From an archaeon (lineage in GTDB: Archaea; Iainarchaeota; Iainarchaeia; Iainarchaeales; 1-14-0-10-31-34), in assembly GCA_043815885.1 (NCBI GenBank), contig JBDRIL010000012.1, positions 1 to 24,467 of the forward strand: a stretch of DNA of 24,467 nucleotides. Direction: 5' to 3'. Of this stretch, positions 7,207 to 15,875 are shown piece by piece. The position numbers and the translations under genes were made by a program. The notes below the pieces were generated by a model. It saw only the letters and a list, made by a program, of their open reading frames with translations. It had not been told where the DNA came from and made no database searches. The first letter of the stretch is position 1. Each line of letters starts with the position of its first letter.

Positions 7207-8715
7207 ATGAAGGAAAAAACCACTAAATCCTACGAGAAAGTAATTGATTTAGCCTTAAGGAGAAACATCTTTTTCCCTACAGCAGAAATCTATGGAGAAG
7301 CATTCAGCGGATTCTATGATTATGGCGCAACAGGAGAGGCAATAAAGAGAAAGATAGTGAATAAATGGAGAAAGGAATTAGTTCAAAAAGAAGGTTTTGC
7401 GGAAATCGATGGATGCATTATTCTTCCGGAAAAAGTATTCGTTGCTTCAGGACATCTAGCTAACTTTAATGACCCCCTCACTCAGTGCAATAAATGCCAT
7501 TCCCTGCACAGAGCTGATACATTGCTGGAAGACCATGTGAATGTTAATTTTCCTGAATCAATGCCTTCAAATAAATTCGATGAAATGATTGAAGAACACA
7601 AAATTAACTGCCCTAAATGCAGTGGAGAGCTGGGAAAAGTAAAGAAATTCAATATGATGATGTCCCTGCAGATAGGCGCAACAGGAAAACAAAAAGCTTT
7701 TTTAAGACCTGAAACCTGCCAGAATATCTTCCTGAATTTTGATAGAATCTACAAGACAATGCGCCAAACCCTTCCGTTGGGAATTTCTCAGGTTGGAAGA
7801 AGCTTCAGGAACGAGATTGCTCCAAGACAGACTATTTTGAGGGTAAGGGAAATAAATCAAATGGAGACAGAAATCTTCTTCAATCCAAAGAAAATAAATG
7901 AAGTGGAAAGATTCAGTGAAATAGAGAATGTGAAAATGAACCTTCTTACACTCAATTCAAAGGAAAAGGAATTCACTGCAAAGGAATTAATTGAAAAAAA
8001 AGCAACCAGTGGAAAACTCATTGCGTATTATCTCGCAAGAATACAGCAATTGTATGACTCCTACGGAATTCCAAGAGAAAAGACAAGGTTCAGGGAATTA
8101 GGGGAAGAAGAAAAAGCATTTTATGCAATGGAGGCATTTGATTTTGAGGTCCAGACTTCCCTTGGATGGATTGAATTAATTGCATGCAATTACCGCTCAG
8201 ATTATGATCTGAAAGGGCATGCAAAGGAATCAAGAAAGGATTTAAGCGTAAAGGAAGACGGAGATAAATTCCTTCCAAATGTATTTGAAATCTCAATCGG
8301 AGTGGACAGGACACTCTATGTTTTAATTGAATTGGCTTTGAGAGAAGAAGAAAAGAAAGGCGAGAGAAGGCTTTACCTGGATTTAGCTCCTTCTGTTGCT
8401 CCCTTTATTGCCGGGGTATTTCCCTTAGTGAATAAGGATGGACTGAATGAAAAAGCAAGGGAATTATTTGCTGAACTCCAGTCCAATAAACTGGATGTAT
8501 TCTTTGACGAAAAAGCCAGTATCGGGAGAAGGTATGCAAGAATTGACGAAGTAGGTGTTCCGTTTGGAATTACTGTGGATTATGATTCAATGAAAGATGA
8601 TACAGTAACGCTTAGAGAGAGAAATTCAACGGAACAAAAAAGAGTAGCAATAAAAGAATTGCCTGAATTGCTCTGGGAGCTTGAAACAGGAAAAAAAGCC
8701 TTTAAAGAGGTTTAA
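7207..8715 (+). CDS. glyS: Glycine--tRNA ligase (alpha2, archaeal/eukaryotic type)
   Basis: GFYDYGATG, SGHLANFNDPL, LRPETCQNIF, GRSFRNEIAPR, EISIGVDR, SIGRRYARIDEVG anticodon-binding domain. Confidence 0.97.
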   Translation: MKEKTTKSYEKVIDLALRRNIFFPTAEIYGEAFSGFYDYGATGEAIKRKIVNKWRKELVQKEGFAEIDGCIILPEKVFVASGHLANFNDPLTQCNKCHSLHRADTLLEDHVNVNFPESMPSNKFDEMIEEHKINCPKCSGELGKVKKFNMMMSLQIGATGKQKAFLRPETCQNIFLNFDRIYKTMRQTLPLGISQVGRSFRNEIAPRQTILRVREINQMETEIFFNPKKINEVERFSEIENVKMNLLTLNSKEKEFTAKELIEKKATSGKLIAYYLARIQQLYDSYGIPREKTRFRELGEEEKAFYAMEAFDFEVQTSLGWIELIACNYRSDYDLKGHAKESRKDLSVKEDGDKFLPNVFEISIGVDRTLYVLIELALREEEKKGERRLYLDLAPSVAPFIAGVFPLVNKDGLNEKARELFAELQSNKLDVFFDEKASIGRRYARIDEVGVPFGITVDYDSMKDDTVTLRERNSTEQKRVAIKELPELLWELETGKKAFKEV

Positions 8716-8747
8716 TTTAATTCTTTTACCACTATTTTTTTACTAAG

Positions 8748-8819
8748 GCCTTGGTAGCTCAATGGCGGAGCAATGCTCTCGTAAAGCATAGGTTAGGGGT
8801 TCAACTCCCCTCCAAGGCT
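8748..8819 (+). tRNA. tRNA-Thr(CGT)
   Basis: Acceptor GCCTTGG/CCAAGGC, D stem GCTC/GAGC, anticodon arm ATGCT-CTCGTAA-AGCAT, T arm AGGGG-TTCAACT-CCCCT, discriminator U, no CCA. Confidence 0.95.
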
Positions 8820-8820
8820 T

Positions 8821-9117
8821 TTACTTCAATAACTTTATCACTATTATTGCTAATGCGAGTGGAGCGGCAACAATCAATAATCCTCCAATTATAACCAAAA
8901 CTATTCCCAGCAGGATTACTCCTACAAAGATTACTGGAACCAGTAATATCTTGAATAAGAGGCTTGGACGGAATTCAATGAATTCTTTTTCAGCCAGCTT
9001 CTTTATTTTTTGCTCTCTAACGTATAAGTAGATTACTATTAGAATGAAGTAAATTAATGCAATTATTCCTGTTGCCTGTAACCAATCAATTCCTTCAATC
9101 ATTGCAAATAGAATCAT
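8821..9117 (-). CDS. Small hypothetical membrane protein
   Basis: 98 aa with 2-3 strongly hydrophobic segments; fills the gap. Confidence 0.7.
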   Translation of the reverse strand: MILFAMIEGIDWLQATGIIALIYFILIVIYLYVREQKIKKLAEKEFIEFRPSLLFKILLVPVIFVGVILLGIVLVIIGGLLIVAAPLALAIIVIKLLK

Positions 9118-9163
9118 CCTCTAGAAACAATTAAATTATTATTTGATTATAATAGGTTTTAGG

Positions 9164-9592
9164 ATGCCAAAAAAAGAGGAAGAACAGAAATTCGATTACT
9201 TTTTATTTTCAGGAATAATAATAGTATTAATTGTTGTTTTAGCGATTCTTTCGGTTTATTCTTTCCTGCAGCAGGAACCAGAATACTTTTCTCAGGTTTA
9301 CTTTGAACCAGAGAAACTGCTTTCAGAAGTAGAAAAAGGAAAGGAATTCCCGGTAATATTCTTTATAGACAACAGGGAAGGAAAAGACGTTGCATACACT
9401 TACAAAATCACTGCTGAAGGAGAAACCAAAAAAGAAGCAGAAATAACTGTAGCAAACGGAGAAGTAAAAAAAGTGGCAGAATTAATTTACTTTGATGAAA
9501 GACACGAAGAAAAACAAAAAGTATTAGTGGAAGTAGTGAAACCCGAAACAGAAAAACCCTATTCATTATGGTTCTGGGTTGACGTTAATTAA
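9164..9592 (+). CDS. Membrane-anchored protein with beta-rich extracellular domain (DUF1616-like)
   Basis: One N-terminal TM helix, then EPEYFSQVYF...IDNREGKDVAYTYKI...SLWFWVDV. ATG at 9164; the track starts at 9143. Confidence 0.7.
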   Translation: MPKKEEEQKFDYFLFSGIIIVLIVVLAILSVYSFLQQEPEYFSQVYFEPEKLLSEVEKGKEFPVIFFIDNREGKDVAYTYKITAEGETKKEAEITVANGEVKKVAELIYFDERHEEKQKVLVEVVKPETEKPYSLWFWVDVN

Positions 9593-9594
9593 GT

Positions 9595-10713
9595 TCATTT
9601 TTTCTTTTTCTTTCCTTTTTTGACTTTTCCTACTTTGATTTCTTCCCCTGTGGTTTCCTTTACTATTTTTTTTGCTCTCTTTAATTCAACTTCTTTTTCC
9701 AGTTCCCCTACTTTCAGGTGTTTTTCGTGAAGGATTTTCTTGAATTCTTCCAAGAGAGAATTCTTTTCTTTCAGTTCTTCTTCTAAGTGCTTTATTTTTT
9801 GTTGCACTTCTTTTTTTGCTTCCTCTTTTGCCTTCAATTTTGATTCCTGCAGATTCAATAGCTCTCTGCTGTAAGCCCCTCTCAGGCGGAGGGTTTCGTG
9901 TTCTATTTCCATTACCATTCTTTTTGCGTAGTCTCTTTCTTTTTTCAAGGTGGTTGTAAGGCCTCCGGCTTTCTCCATAAAACTGTAAGACAAGTCATCG
10001 CAGGAATTAATTTTCTCCCTGATGGAATTGTATTTCTGGTTTAATGCCTCTATTTCTTCCCTGAATTCAGTGAATTCCTTTGAAAGCATTGTGTGCTGGG
10101 TTTCAAGTTTTCTTGAGACTTCATTCACTTCATTCTCTAAATCAGAGGAAGTAGTTTTTTCCAGTTTTGCCCCAAAGCTCTGGCTCTTTAAGTTCTCGAA
10201 TTTTTCCTTCAATTCCTGGTACTCTTTTTCCTTTGTCCTGAGTAATTGCATTATGTTTTTGGCAGTGCTTTTTCCCTCCAATGGAGTGATTTTTTCAGCA
10301 GAAGTAAAGAGATGGACTCGTTCAATCAGGAACCTTGTTCTAAGCAATAAAGCAAGAATTTTTTCACTCAAATTAGCGTATAATTCCGGAACCTCTACCT
10401 TGTCCTTTACATCAAGGATTTCTTCCTGTTTCTCAAATAATTCTTCTTCAAAAGCAATGTTATTTCTCAGAACACGAATGGTTTTATCGAATTCCTTTAT
10501 AAGCGGTTCAATCTCTGGAGCTTCAATCGAGGGTTCTTCCTCTATCCTTTCATGCATTTCTTTCAGTGTATCTTCAACTTCCACTAATTTCTCAATGGAG
10601 TTATTTAATGCGTGAATAAAGCTCTTTCTGCTGTACTGCCTCCATTCAGCTGAATTAATCATTTCATGAAGAGTATTAACCTTAAACAATAGTTCTTCAA
10701 TTAATTTCTCCAT
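9595..10713 (-). CDS. Long coiled-coil protein of unknown function with Lys-rich C-terminal tail
   Basis: E/K/L-rich heptads throughout. GGTGA SD about 10 nt before ATG 10713; alternative starts 10731 and 10749. Confidence 0.8.
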   Translation of the reverse strand: MEKLIEELLFKVNTLHEMINSAEWRQYSRKSFIHALNNSIEKLVEVEDTLKEMHERIEEEPSIEAPEIEPLIKEFDKTIRVLRNNIAFEEELFEKQEEILDVKDKVEVPELYANLSEKILALLLRTRFLIERVHLFTSAEKITPLEGKSTAKNIMQLLRTKEKEYQELKEKFENLKSQSFGAKLEKTTSSDLENEVNEVSRKLETQHTMLSKEFTEFREEIEALNQKYNSIREKINSCDDLSYSFMEKAGGLTTTLKKERDYAKRMVMEIEHETLRLRGAYSRELLNLQESKLKAKEEAKKEVQQKIKHLEEELKEKNSLLEEFKKILHEKHLKVGELEKEVELKRAKKIVKETTGEEIKVGKVKKGKKKKK

Positions 10714-10777
10714 CAATTCCCTTTCACCCATAAGTATATTTGCACTCAAATTTATATTCTTATATGATTTACTTCTT

Positions 10778-11779
10778 ATGTCTATGAAGATTCAATGCAA
10801 CGGAGGAATTGTATTAGGGGAAAACGAATTAGTTATTGATCCATCCAACGGAAAAAGCAAGGCAGGAAATGTATTCATTACCCATGCTCACTCAGACCAC
10901 GCACAGGTAAAAAACAAAGAAAAAAATTATTTCATGTCAAAGGAAACCCATTCACTAATAAAGACAAGAAATAAAGTAAAGGGAAAAATAAAGGAAATAA
11001 GAATGGGAGAAAAAATAAAACTGAATTCATCAGAGATTTACCTTCATCCTTCAGGGCATATTCTTGGTTCAAGCCAAATAAGAGTGGAAGGAGACAAAAC
11101 AATTGTTTTTACCTCTGATTTCAGGTTGCAGGATAGTTTATTGTTTGAAGGAGCGGAAATCCTTCCCTCAGATATTCTGGTGATTGAGAGCACTTTTGGA
11201 TTGCCTGAATATGTTTTTCCTGAAAGAGAAAAAGTCTATGAGGAAATGAGTAAATGGATGAAGGAAAATTTAAGCAAAAACAGATTCCTTGTATTGGGGG
11301 GATACAGTATTGGAAAGGCACAGGAATTAACTAGAATAGTGAATGAATTTACAGAGGAAATTCCTTTAGTGCATGAAAAAATCTTTAATGCAAATAAAGT
11401 ATATGAAGAAAACGGAGTGAAGTTAGGGAAATACATTAAATTAGGGCAGAACTTAAAGGAAAGCAATGTATTAATTATGCCGCCTCATTTAATGGAAGAA
11501 TCCTTCCTGCATTATCTCTCTCTTTCACTGGGAAAGAGTGTTGCAGGAGGAATTGCAACTGGATGGGACTTCTATAAAAAAGGAGTAAGGGGCTTTCCTT
11601 TAAGCGACCATGCAGACTTCAATCAATTAATGCGTTACGTGAAAGAATCCTCCCCAAAACAGGTTTTCACTAATCACGGTTATGCAAAGGAATTCGCTCA
11701 CTCCATTAAAAGAAAACTGGGAATAAATGCAAGGCCACTGGATGGGGGAAGCCAAAGAACTCTGAGTGAATTTGATTGA
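10778..11779 (+). CDS. Metallo-beta-lactamase/beta-CASP family nuclease
   Basis: THAHSDH, GHILGS, TSDF, IESTFG, GKAQE, LSDHADF, NHG motifs. Confidence 0.9.
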   Translation: MSMKIQCNGGIVLGENELVIDPSNGKSKAGNVFITHAHSDHAQVKNKEKNYFMSKETHSLIKTRNKVKGKIKEIRMGEKIKLNSSEIYLHPSGHILGSSQIRVEGDKTIVFTSDFRLQDSLLFEGAEILPSDILVIESTFGLPEYVFPEREKVYEEMSKWMKENLSKNRFLVLGGYSIGKAQELTRIVNEFTEEIPLVHEKIFNANKVYEENGVKLGKYIKLGQNLKESNVLIMPPHLMEESFLHYLSLSLGKSVAGGIATGWDFYKKGVRGFPLSDHADFNQLMRYVKESSPKQVFTNHGYAKEFAHSIKRKLGINARPLDGGSQRTLSEFD

Positions 11780-11793
11780 AAGGAGGAATTAAA

Positions 11794-12138
11794 ATGAATA
11801 AATTAATCTTAATTTCACTTCTTGCATTAAGTGTATTTCTTTTGGGTTGTACAGGAACCTCAACAGAGAAAACCGTTGGAGGAAGCGCTACAGCAGATAT
11901 TGAAGGAGAATGCGTCAGCCTCTGCCAACTGGAATTGCAGAGAGGAACTGATTTAAGCAATGGCCCCTGTATCAGTAATTCATTAAAGGTAAACAGTGAC
12001 TGGGTGTGTGATGTAGCGCATGAACCAAGAGAATCAGCAGATGACCTTCAAGAAAATCAGTGCTCTGCATTCAGGGAAGGAAAAGCCACTCACTTTGTTG
12101 AAGTGAATGAGAGTTGCAGAGTAATAAAAAAGTATTGA
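11794..12138 (+). CDS. Cys-rich putative lipoprotein
   Basis: GGAGG SD at 11782-11786. MNKLILISLLALSVFLLGC lipobox-like signal, plus six further Cys. Confidence 0.8.
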   Translation: MNKLILISLLALSVFLLGCTGTSTEKTVGGSATADIEGECVSLCQLELQRGTDLSNGPCISNSLKVNSDWVCDVAHEPRESADDLQENQCSAFREGKATHFVEVNESCRVIKKY

Positions 12139-12152
12139 AAAAAATCTTTTTT

Positions 12153-13217
12153 TCAAATCCATTTTTTTCTTCTGAAATAGAGTAGCATTGAGCCAGCAAT
12201 AATGATTACTGTGAGCCAGACTAGGGGATAGCTCCATTCCCATTTCAGTTCCGGCATGAATTCAAAGTTCATTCCGTACATCCCTGCCACAAAGGTCATT
12301 GGAATAAAGATTGTTGCAATGATTGTCAGTACTTTCATTACTTCATTCATTTTGTTGCTGACGCTTGAAAGATACACGTCAAGCATTCCTGAAGTCATGT
12401 CCCTGAATGTTTCAACTGTATCAATTACTTGAATGGTGTGATCGTAGACATCCCTAAGGTATATTCCGGTTGTTTTTTTGATTAGCTTTGATTCCCCTCT
12501 TTGAAGGTTGCTTATTACTTCCCTTAAAGGCCATACAGACTTCCGCAGGAATATCAGCTGGCGTTTTAGTCTGTGGACTGCATTAAGTATTTCTGGTTTA
12601 GGGTTCTGAATCAGTTCTTCCTCTATTTCCTCTATTTCTCCCCCGAGTTTTTCCAGTATTATGAAGTAATTGTCTACAACTGCATCTATTAATGAATAAG
12701 CAAGGTAATCGCTTCCAAGCTTTCGTGTCTTGCCTTTTCCATTCCTTATCCTTTGCCTGACTGGATTAAATACGTTTCCTTCTGTTTCCTGGAAAGAAAT
12801 GACAAAGTTTGAGCCAATTATCATGCTGAGTTGCTCGACATTAATTTCTTTTATTTTATCATTATAATCAATCCTTTTAAGTACCACAAATAAATAGCTC
12901 TCGAAATCCTCTGTTTTTGGGCGCTGAGTGGTATGGACAATGTCCTCCAATACAAGTGGATGCACTCCAAATTGTTTTCCGATTTTTTCAAGTATTTCAG
13001 TCTGATGCAGGCCACTTATATTAATCCATGTAATTGTTGGGGTATCTTTAAAGGGAAAGCAGTCCTCAATATTTTCAATTTCTTTTTCCTGGAATTGGGA
13101 TTCATTAAAATCAATTAATTCAATCTTTACTTTCTTTGTTTTCTTCTTTCCCACATACACGATCGTTCCAGGAGAAAGACCGGCTTTATTTGAGGTTTTT
13201 TGAATAATTTTAGGCAC
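12153..13217 (-). CDS. corA: CorA Mg2+/Co2+ transporter
   Basis: GLSPGT, HPLVLEDI, QRPK, YLRDVYDH, NEVMKVLTII, YGMNF, MPEL; two C-terminal TM helices; GTG start. Confidence 0.96.
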   Translation of the reverse strand: MPKIIQKTSNKAGLSPGTIVYVGKKKTKKVKIELIDFNESQFQEKEIENIEDCFPFKDTPTITWINISGLHQTEILEKIGKQFGVHPLVLEDIVHTTQRPKTEDFESYLFVVLKRIDYNDKIKEINVEQLSMIIGSNFVISFQETEGNVFNPVRQRIRNGKGKTRKLGSDYLAYSLIDAVVDNYFIILEKLGGEIEEIEEELIQNPKPEILNAVHRLKRQLIFLRKSVWPLREVISNLQRGESKLIKKTTGIYLRDVYDHTIQVIDTVETFRDMTSGMLDVYLSSVSNKMNEVMKVLTIIATIFIPMTFVAGMYGMNFEFMPELKWEWSYPLVWLTVIIIAGSMLLYFRRKKWI

Positions 13218-13361
13218 AATATAATGATTTAATCAAAGAATCTTTAATGTTTTCCTTTAAATAACTTCAAAAAAAGCAGCAGGGGAATCAAAAAGTTATT
13301 TAAATTGAAGCAAGGGCATTTAGGTTAGGTTAAAAATGAATAAAAAACTTTTAAGAACCCT

Positions 13362-13407
13362 ATTTGAATCCAAGGATTCAAAGGGCCCCTTTGAGTTGTA
13401 CTCAAAT
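13362..13407. promoter_or_regulatory. Chain of three overlapping perfect inverted repeats
   Basis: TTTGAATCC-AA-GGATTCAAA (13363-13382), TCAAAGGG-C-CCCTTTGA (13378-13394), TTTGAGT-TGT-ACTCAAA (13390-13406). Function inferred. Confidence 0.45.
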
Positions 13408-13434
13408 CGGGAAGTTTTATCAAAAAAACATTGT

Positions 13435-14139
13435 ATGCCGAAGGCATACAATAAAAAAATTATTTTGCTCTGCGGCTTAATTTTAGTTGGACTGCTTTTG
13501 ATTGGTTGTGCCCAGTCTTCTCCACCAAATGGAGGGGAAGCAGGGGAAGATATTTTTCAGATTCTGGCAAAAGGAAAAGCCATTACTGATTTATACTACG
13601 AGACAACCAGTGAAATTAGTGGAGGCGTAATTGGTTCAATGAGCACTGAGGGAAAGATATGGATGAAGGGAAAAAAGATGAAGATTGAAACAACTGTTGA
13701 AGGCCCGGAGCAAGTAATAATGACAATGATAATTCATCCAGGCGTAGCATATGTGTATAATCCAGATGACGATACTTACATGGAGATAATGGTTACAGAA
13801 GAACAAATGCCTGAAACTCCAGGAGAACAGGCAGAGAGCTTAAAGGAAAACTTTGAAATAAAAATAATAGGAAAAGAAACCTATAAAGGAAAGGAATGCA
13901 CAATAGTTTCATTAACCCCAAAGCAAACAGAAGAGCCCCTTCCGGAAGATTTTGAAATGAAGATGTGGGTATGGAATGAAAATGGATTAACCCTGAAAGT
14001 GGAAACAGGGGTAATGGGAATGACTTCAGTAATGGAAAACAAGAATTTTTCCTTTGAATCAATTGATGAAAGCATATTTGAGGTTCCTCCGGAAAAAATA
14101 GTTGAACAGCCTGCTCCTCCGCTTCCTCCAGGCGCATGA
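13435..14139 (+). CDS. Putative lipoprotein, LolA-like/DUF4412-like beta-rich domain, Pro-rich C-terminus
   Basis: KKIILLCGLILVGLLLIGC lipobox-like signal fits a start at 13435 (ORF open from 13336). Motifs KIWMKGKKMKIE, GKETYKGKECTIV, MWVWNENGLTLK, IDESIFEVP. Confidence 0.75.
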   Translation: MPKAYNKKIILLCGLILVGLLLIGCAQSSPPNGGEAGEDIFQILAKGKAITDLYYETTSEISGGVIGSMSTEGKIWMKGKKMKIETTVEGPEQVIMTMIIHPGVAYVYNPDDDTYMEIMVTEEQMPETPGEQAESLKENFEIKIIGKETYKGKECTIVSLTPKQTEEPLPEDFEMKMWVWNENGLTLKVETGVMGMTSVMENKNFSFESIDESIFEVPPEKIVEQPAPPLPPGA

Positions 14140-14155
14140 ATTAATTAAAGATTAG

Positions 14156-14530
14156 TTATTGCACGAATTCAACGTTTTCCAGTGCCTTGAATTGCTTGTC
14201 TCCTGTGAGGAAAGGAACACGCCTTTCTCCTGCAATAATGTAGCCAATGCAGTCAATGTAGGATAAATTCTTTTCCTTATTTTTTGATTTGAACTGCATT
14301 GCCTTTTTAATGTTTTCATCAGTGATTTCAGCACAGAAATTTGAGAACTTCTGGAAATATTTTTCTGCTGCTTCAATTCCATGGCCTAAGAACAATCCAT
14401 AGTAGAGTTCCATTAAATTGAGTTTTGTCGTAATTACTCCAATTCCTTTAAGGAAGGGTTTGTAATCAGGATTTCCCCTGATTATTTCATAGAAAGCATA
14501 AGTATCAAAAAAGAATGTCTTTAATTCCAT
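14156..14530 (-). CDS. vapC: PIN-domain ribonuclease toxin (VapC)
   Basis: FFDTYAFYE, NLMELYY, LSYIDCIGY, LTGDKQF acidic tetrad. Confidence 0.92.
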   Translation of the reverse strand: MELKTFFFDTYAFYEIIRGNPDYKPFLKGIGVITTKLNLMELYYGLFLGHGIEAAEKYFQKFSNFCAEITDENIKKAMQFKSKNKEKNLSYIDCIGYIIAGERRVPFLTGDKQFKALENVEFVQ

Positions 14531-14730
14531 CCCTCTCTCACTTCATCCTTGAATTTTTGTCCTGATTTCTTTGTTTTCAGGGAACCAAAAATTTCACTCA
14601 AATCAGCTTCCTTTACTACCTCAATCAATACTCTTTGGTTGACCTTTAACTTCTTTTTTGAAACAAATTCCTTTGGAAAAAGCACCCCAACAGAATTTCC
14701 CCATTTCTTTACTACAGTTACGGTTGCCAT
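14521..14730 (-). CDS. vapB: AbrB/MazE/SpoVT-type antitoxin (VapB)
   Basis: VKKWGNSVGVLFPKEFV swapped-hairpin motif; 10-nt overlap with vapC; GGAGGGG SD. Confidence 0.9.
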   Translation of the reverse strand: MATVTVVKKWGNSVGVLFPKEFVSKKKLKVNQRVLIEVVKEADLSEIFGSLKTKKSGQKFKDEVREGWN

Positions 14731-14742
14731 CAAAACCCCTCC

Positions 14743-14784
14743 AGTTATACAATAGTATAACTAATGTATAATTATATTTATAAA
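14743..14784. promoter_or_regulatory. vapBC operator palindrome and TATA box
   Basis: AGTTATAC-AATA-GTATAACT (14743-14762), TATAATTATA (14767-14776), TTTATAAA (14777-14784). Confidence 0.65.
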
Positions 14785-14811
14785 TCTTTCTCCCCATTTT
14801 ATCAAATAGCT

Positions 14812-15480
14812 ATGACTCCAATTCAGTTATATAAAAAGCTTTATGCTTCTTTTGGAAGCCAGCACTGGTGGCCTGCTTCAAGCAGGTTTGAGGTAATAGT
14901 GGGGGCAATCCTTACACAGAGCACTTCCTGGAATAATGTAGAGAAGGCAATAAAGAATTTAAGGAAAGCAAAATTACTGAATTCAAGGAAAATTGCTTCA
15001 GCAAAAAAACAGAAAATTGCAGGATTGATTAAACCTGCCTTGTACTTCAATCAGAAAGCCCTCTACCTTCAGGAATTCTGCAGGTACTTGGGAAAGAATT
15101 ACAACCATAACCTGAATAAATTGTTTTCAAAAGAACTTCCTGCATTAAGAAAGGAATTGCTTTCTTTGAAGGGAATTGGAGAGGAAACAGCTGATTCAAT
15201 CATCCTCTATGCAGCAGAGAAACCAATATTTGTGGTGGATGCATACACTAAAAGAATACTCAAAAGAATTTATGGAAAAGGAGATTTGGGTTATGTAGAA
15301 GTTCAATCATTCTTTCACTCTGCTCTCCCAAAAAATACAAAGCTATTTAATGAATTCCATGCCCTGCTTGTAAAACTCGGAAAGGACTACTGCAAAAAGA
15401 ATAATCCTTTATGCAGGGAGTGTCCTGTTTTAAATTCCTGTGATTTCAATAAACCTAACAAAAACGAAATCCTTAAATAA
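14812..15480 (+). CDS. Endonuclease III-related HhH-GPD DNA glycosylase with [4Fe-4S] motif
   Basis: QHWWPA, EVIVGAILTQSTSW, LLSLKGIGEETADSI, FVVDAY, C-terminal CKKNNPLCRECPVLNSC. Likely start MTPIQ at 14812; the track starts at 14764. Confidence 0.88.
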   Translation: MTPIQLYKKLYASFGSQHWWPASSRFEVIVGAILTQSTSWNNVEKAIKNLRKAKLLNSRKIASAKKQKIAGLIKPALYFNQKALYLQEFCRYLGKNYNHNLNKLFSKELPALRKELLSLKGIGEETADSIILYAAEKPIFVVDAYTKRILKRIYGKGDLGYVEVQSFFHSALPKNTKLFNEFHALLVKLGKDYCKKNNPLCRECPVLNSCDFNKPNKNEILK

Positions 15481-15505
15481 AAGTTAAGCTGATGATATTA
15501 TAAAT

Positions 15506-15823
15506 ATGGATTGCAAGGTATTCCTTAAACCAACCTTATTCAAAGTAATTATTTTTATTGTATTGGTAATTGTATTTTATTTAATTCTTTCAAGTATTTA
15601 TTTCCCTATTTTTCATTGTTACACTCAGCCGGTCAGGCCTGATCTTCCACCCCTTCCACTGAAAGAAAGCTTTTGTGGTTTACCTGGGCTTGCAATGATG
15701 ATTGGAGTAAAGATTGTTTTCTCTCCTTTGGGTTATCTGACAATGTTTATAGTGCTGATTATTATTCCTTACCTGATTTCTTGTGGCGCAAATTCTTTTA
15801 GGAAAAAGACTTCAACTTCCTGA
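15506..15823 (+). CDS. Hypothetical two-TM membrane protein
   Basis: FLKPTLFKVIIF N-terminus, two hydrophobic helices, YLISC end. Confidence 0.7.
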   Translation: MDCKVFLKPTLFKVIIFIVLVIVFYLILSSIYFPIFHCYTQPVRPDLPPLPLKESFCGLPGLAMMIGVKIVFSPLGYLTMFIVLIIIPYLISCGANSFRKKTSTS

Positions 15824-15875
15824 ATTCTTTCAGCTACCTATTTATATAAACTTAACTTCAAAATAATTACTAATT

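Noticed and set aside
8748..8830. tRNA-Thr (or tRNA-Ile/Gln) as an integration site
   Set aside because: No duplicated tRNA 3' end or integrase seen in the window. No tRNA introns either.
10022..10615. 197-aa plus-strand ORF
   Set aside because: Ser/Phe-rich mirror of the Glu/Lys-rich coiled-coil gene on the other strand.
13225..13235. TGATT-T-AATCA upstream of corA resembling the 6940-6952 palindrome
   Set aside because: Too short and AT-rich to distinguish from chance.
13336..13434. 33-aa N-terminal extension of the lipoprotein
   Set aside because: It would displace the signal peptide and overlaps the palindrome cluster. Start 13435 is preferred but unproven.
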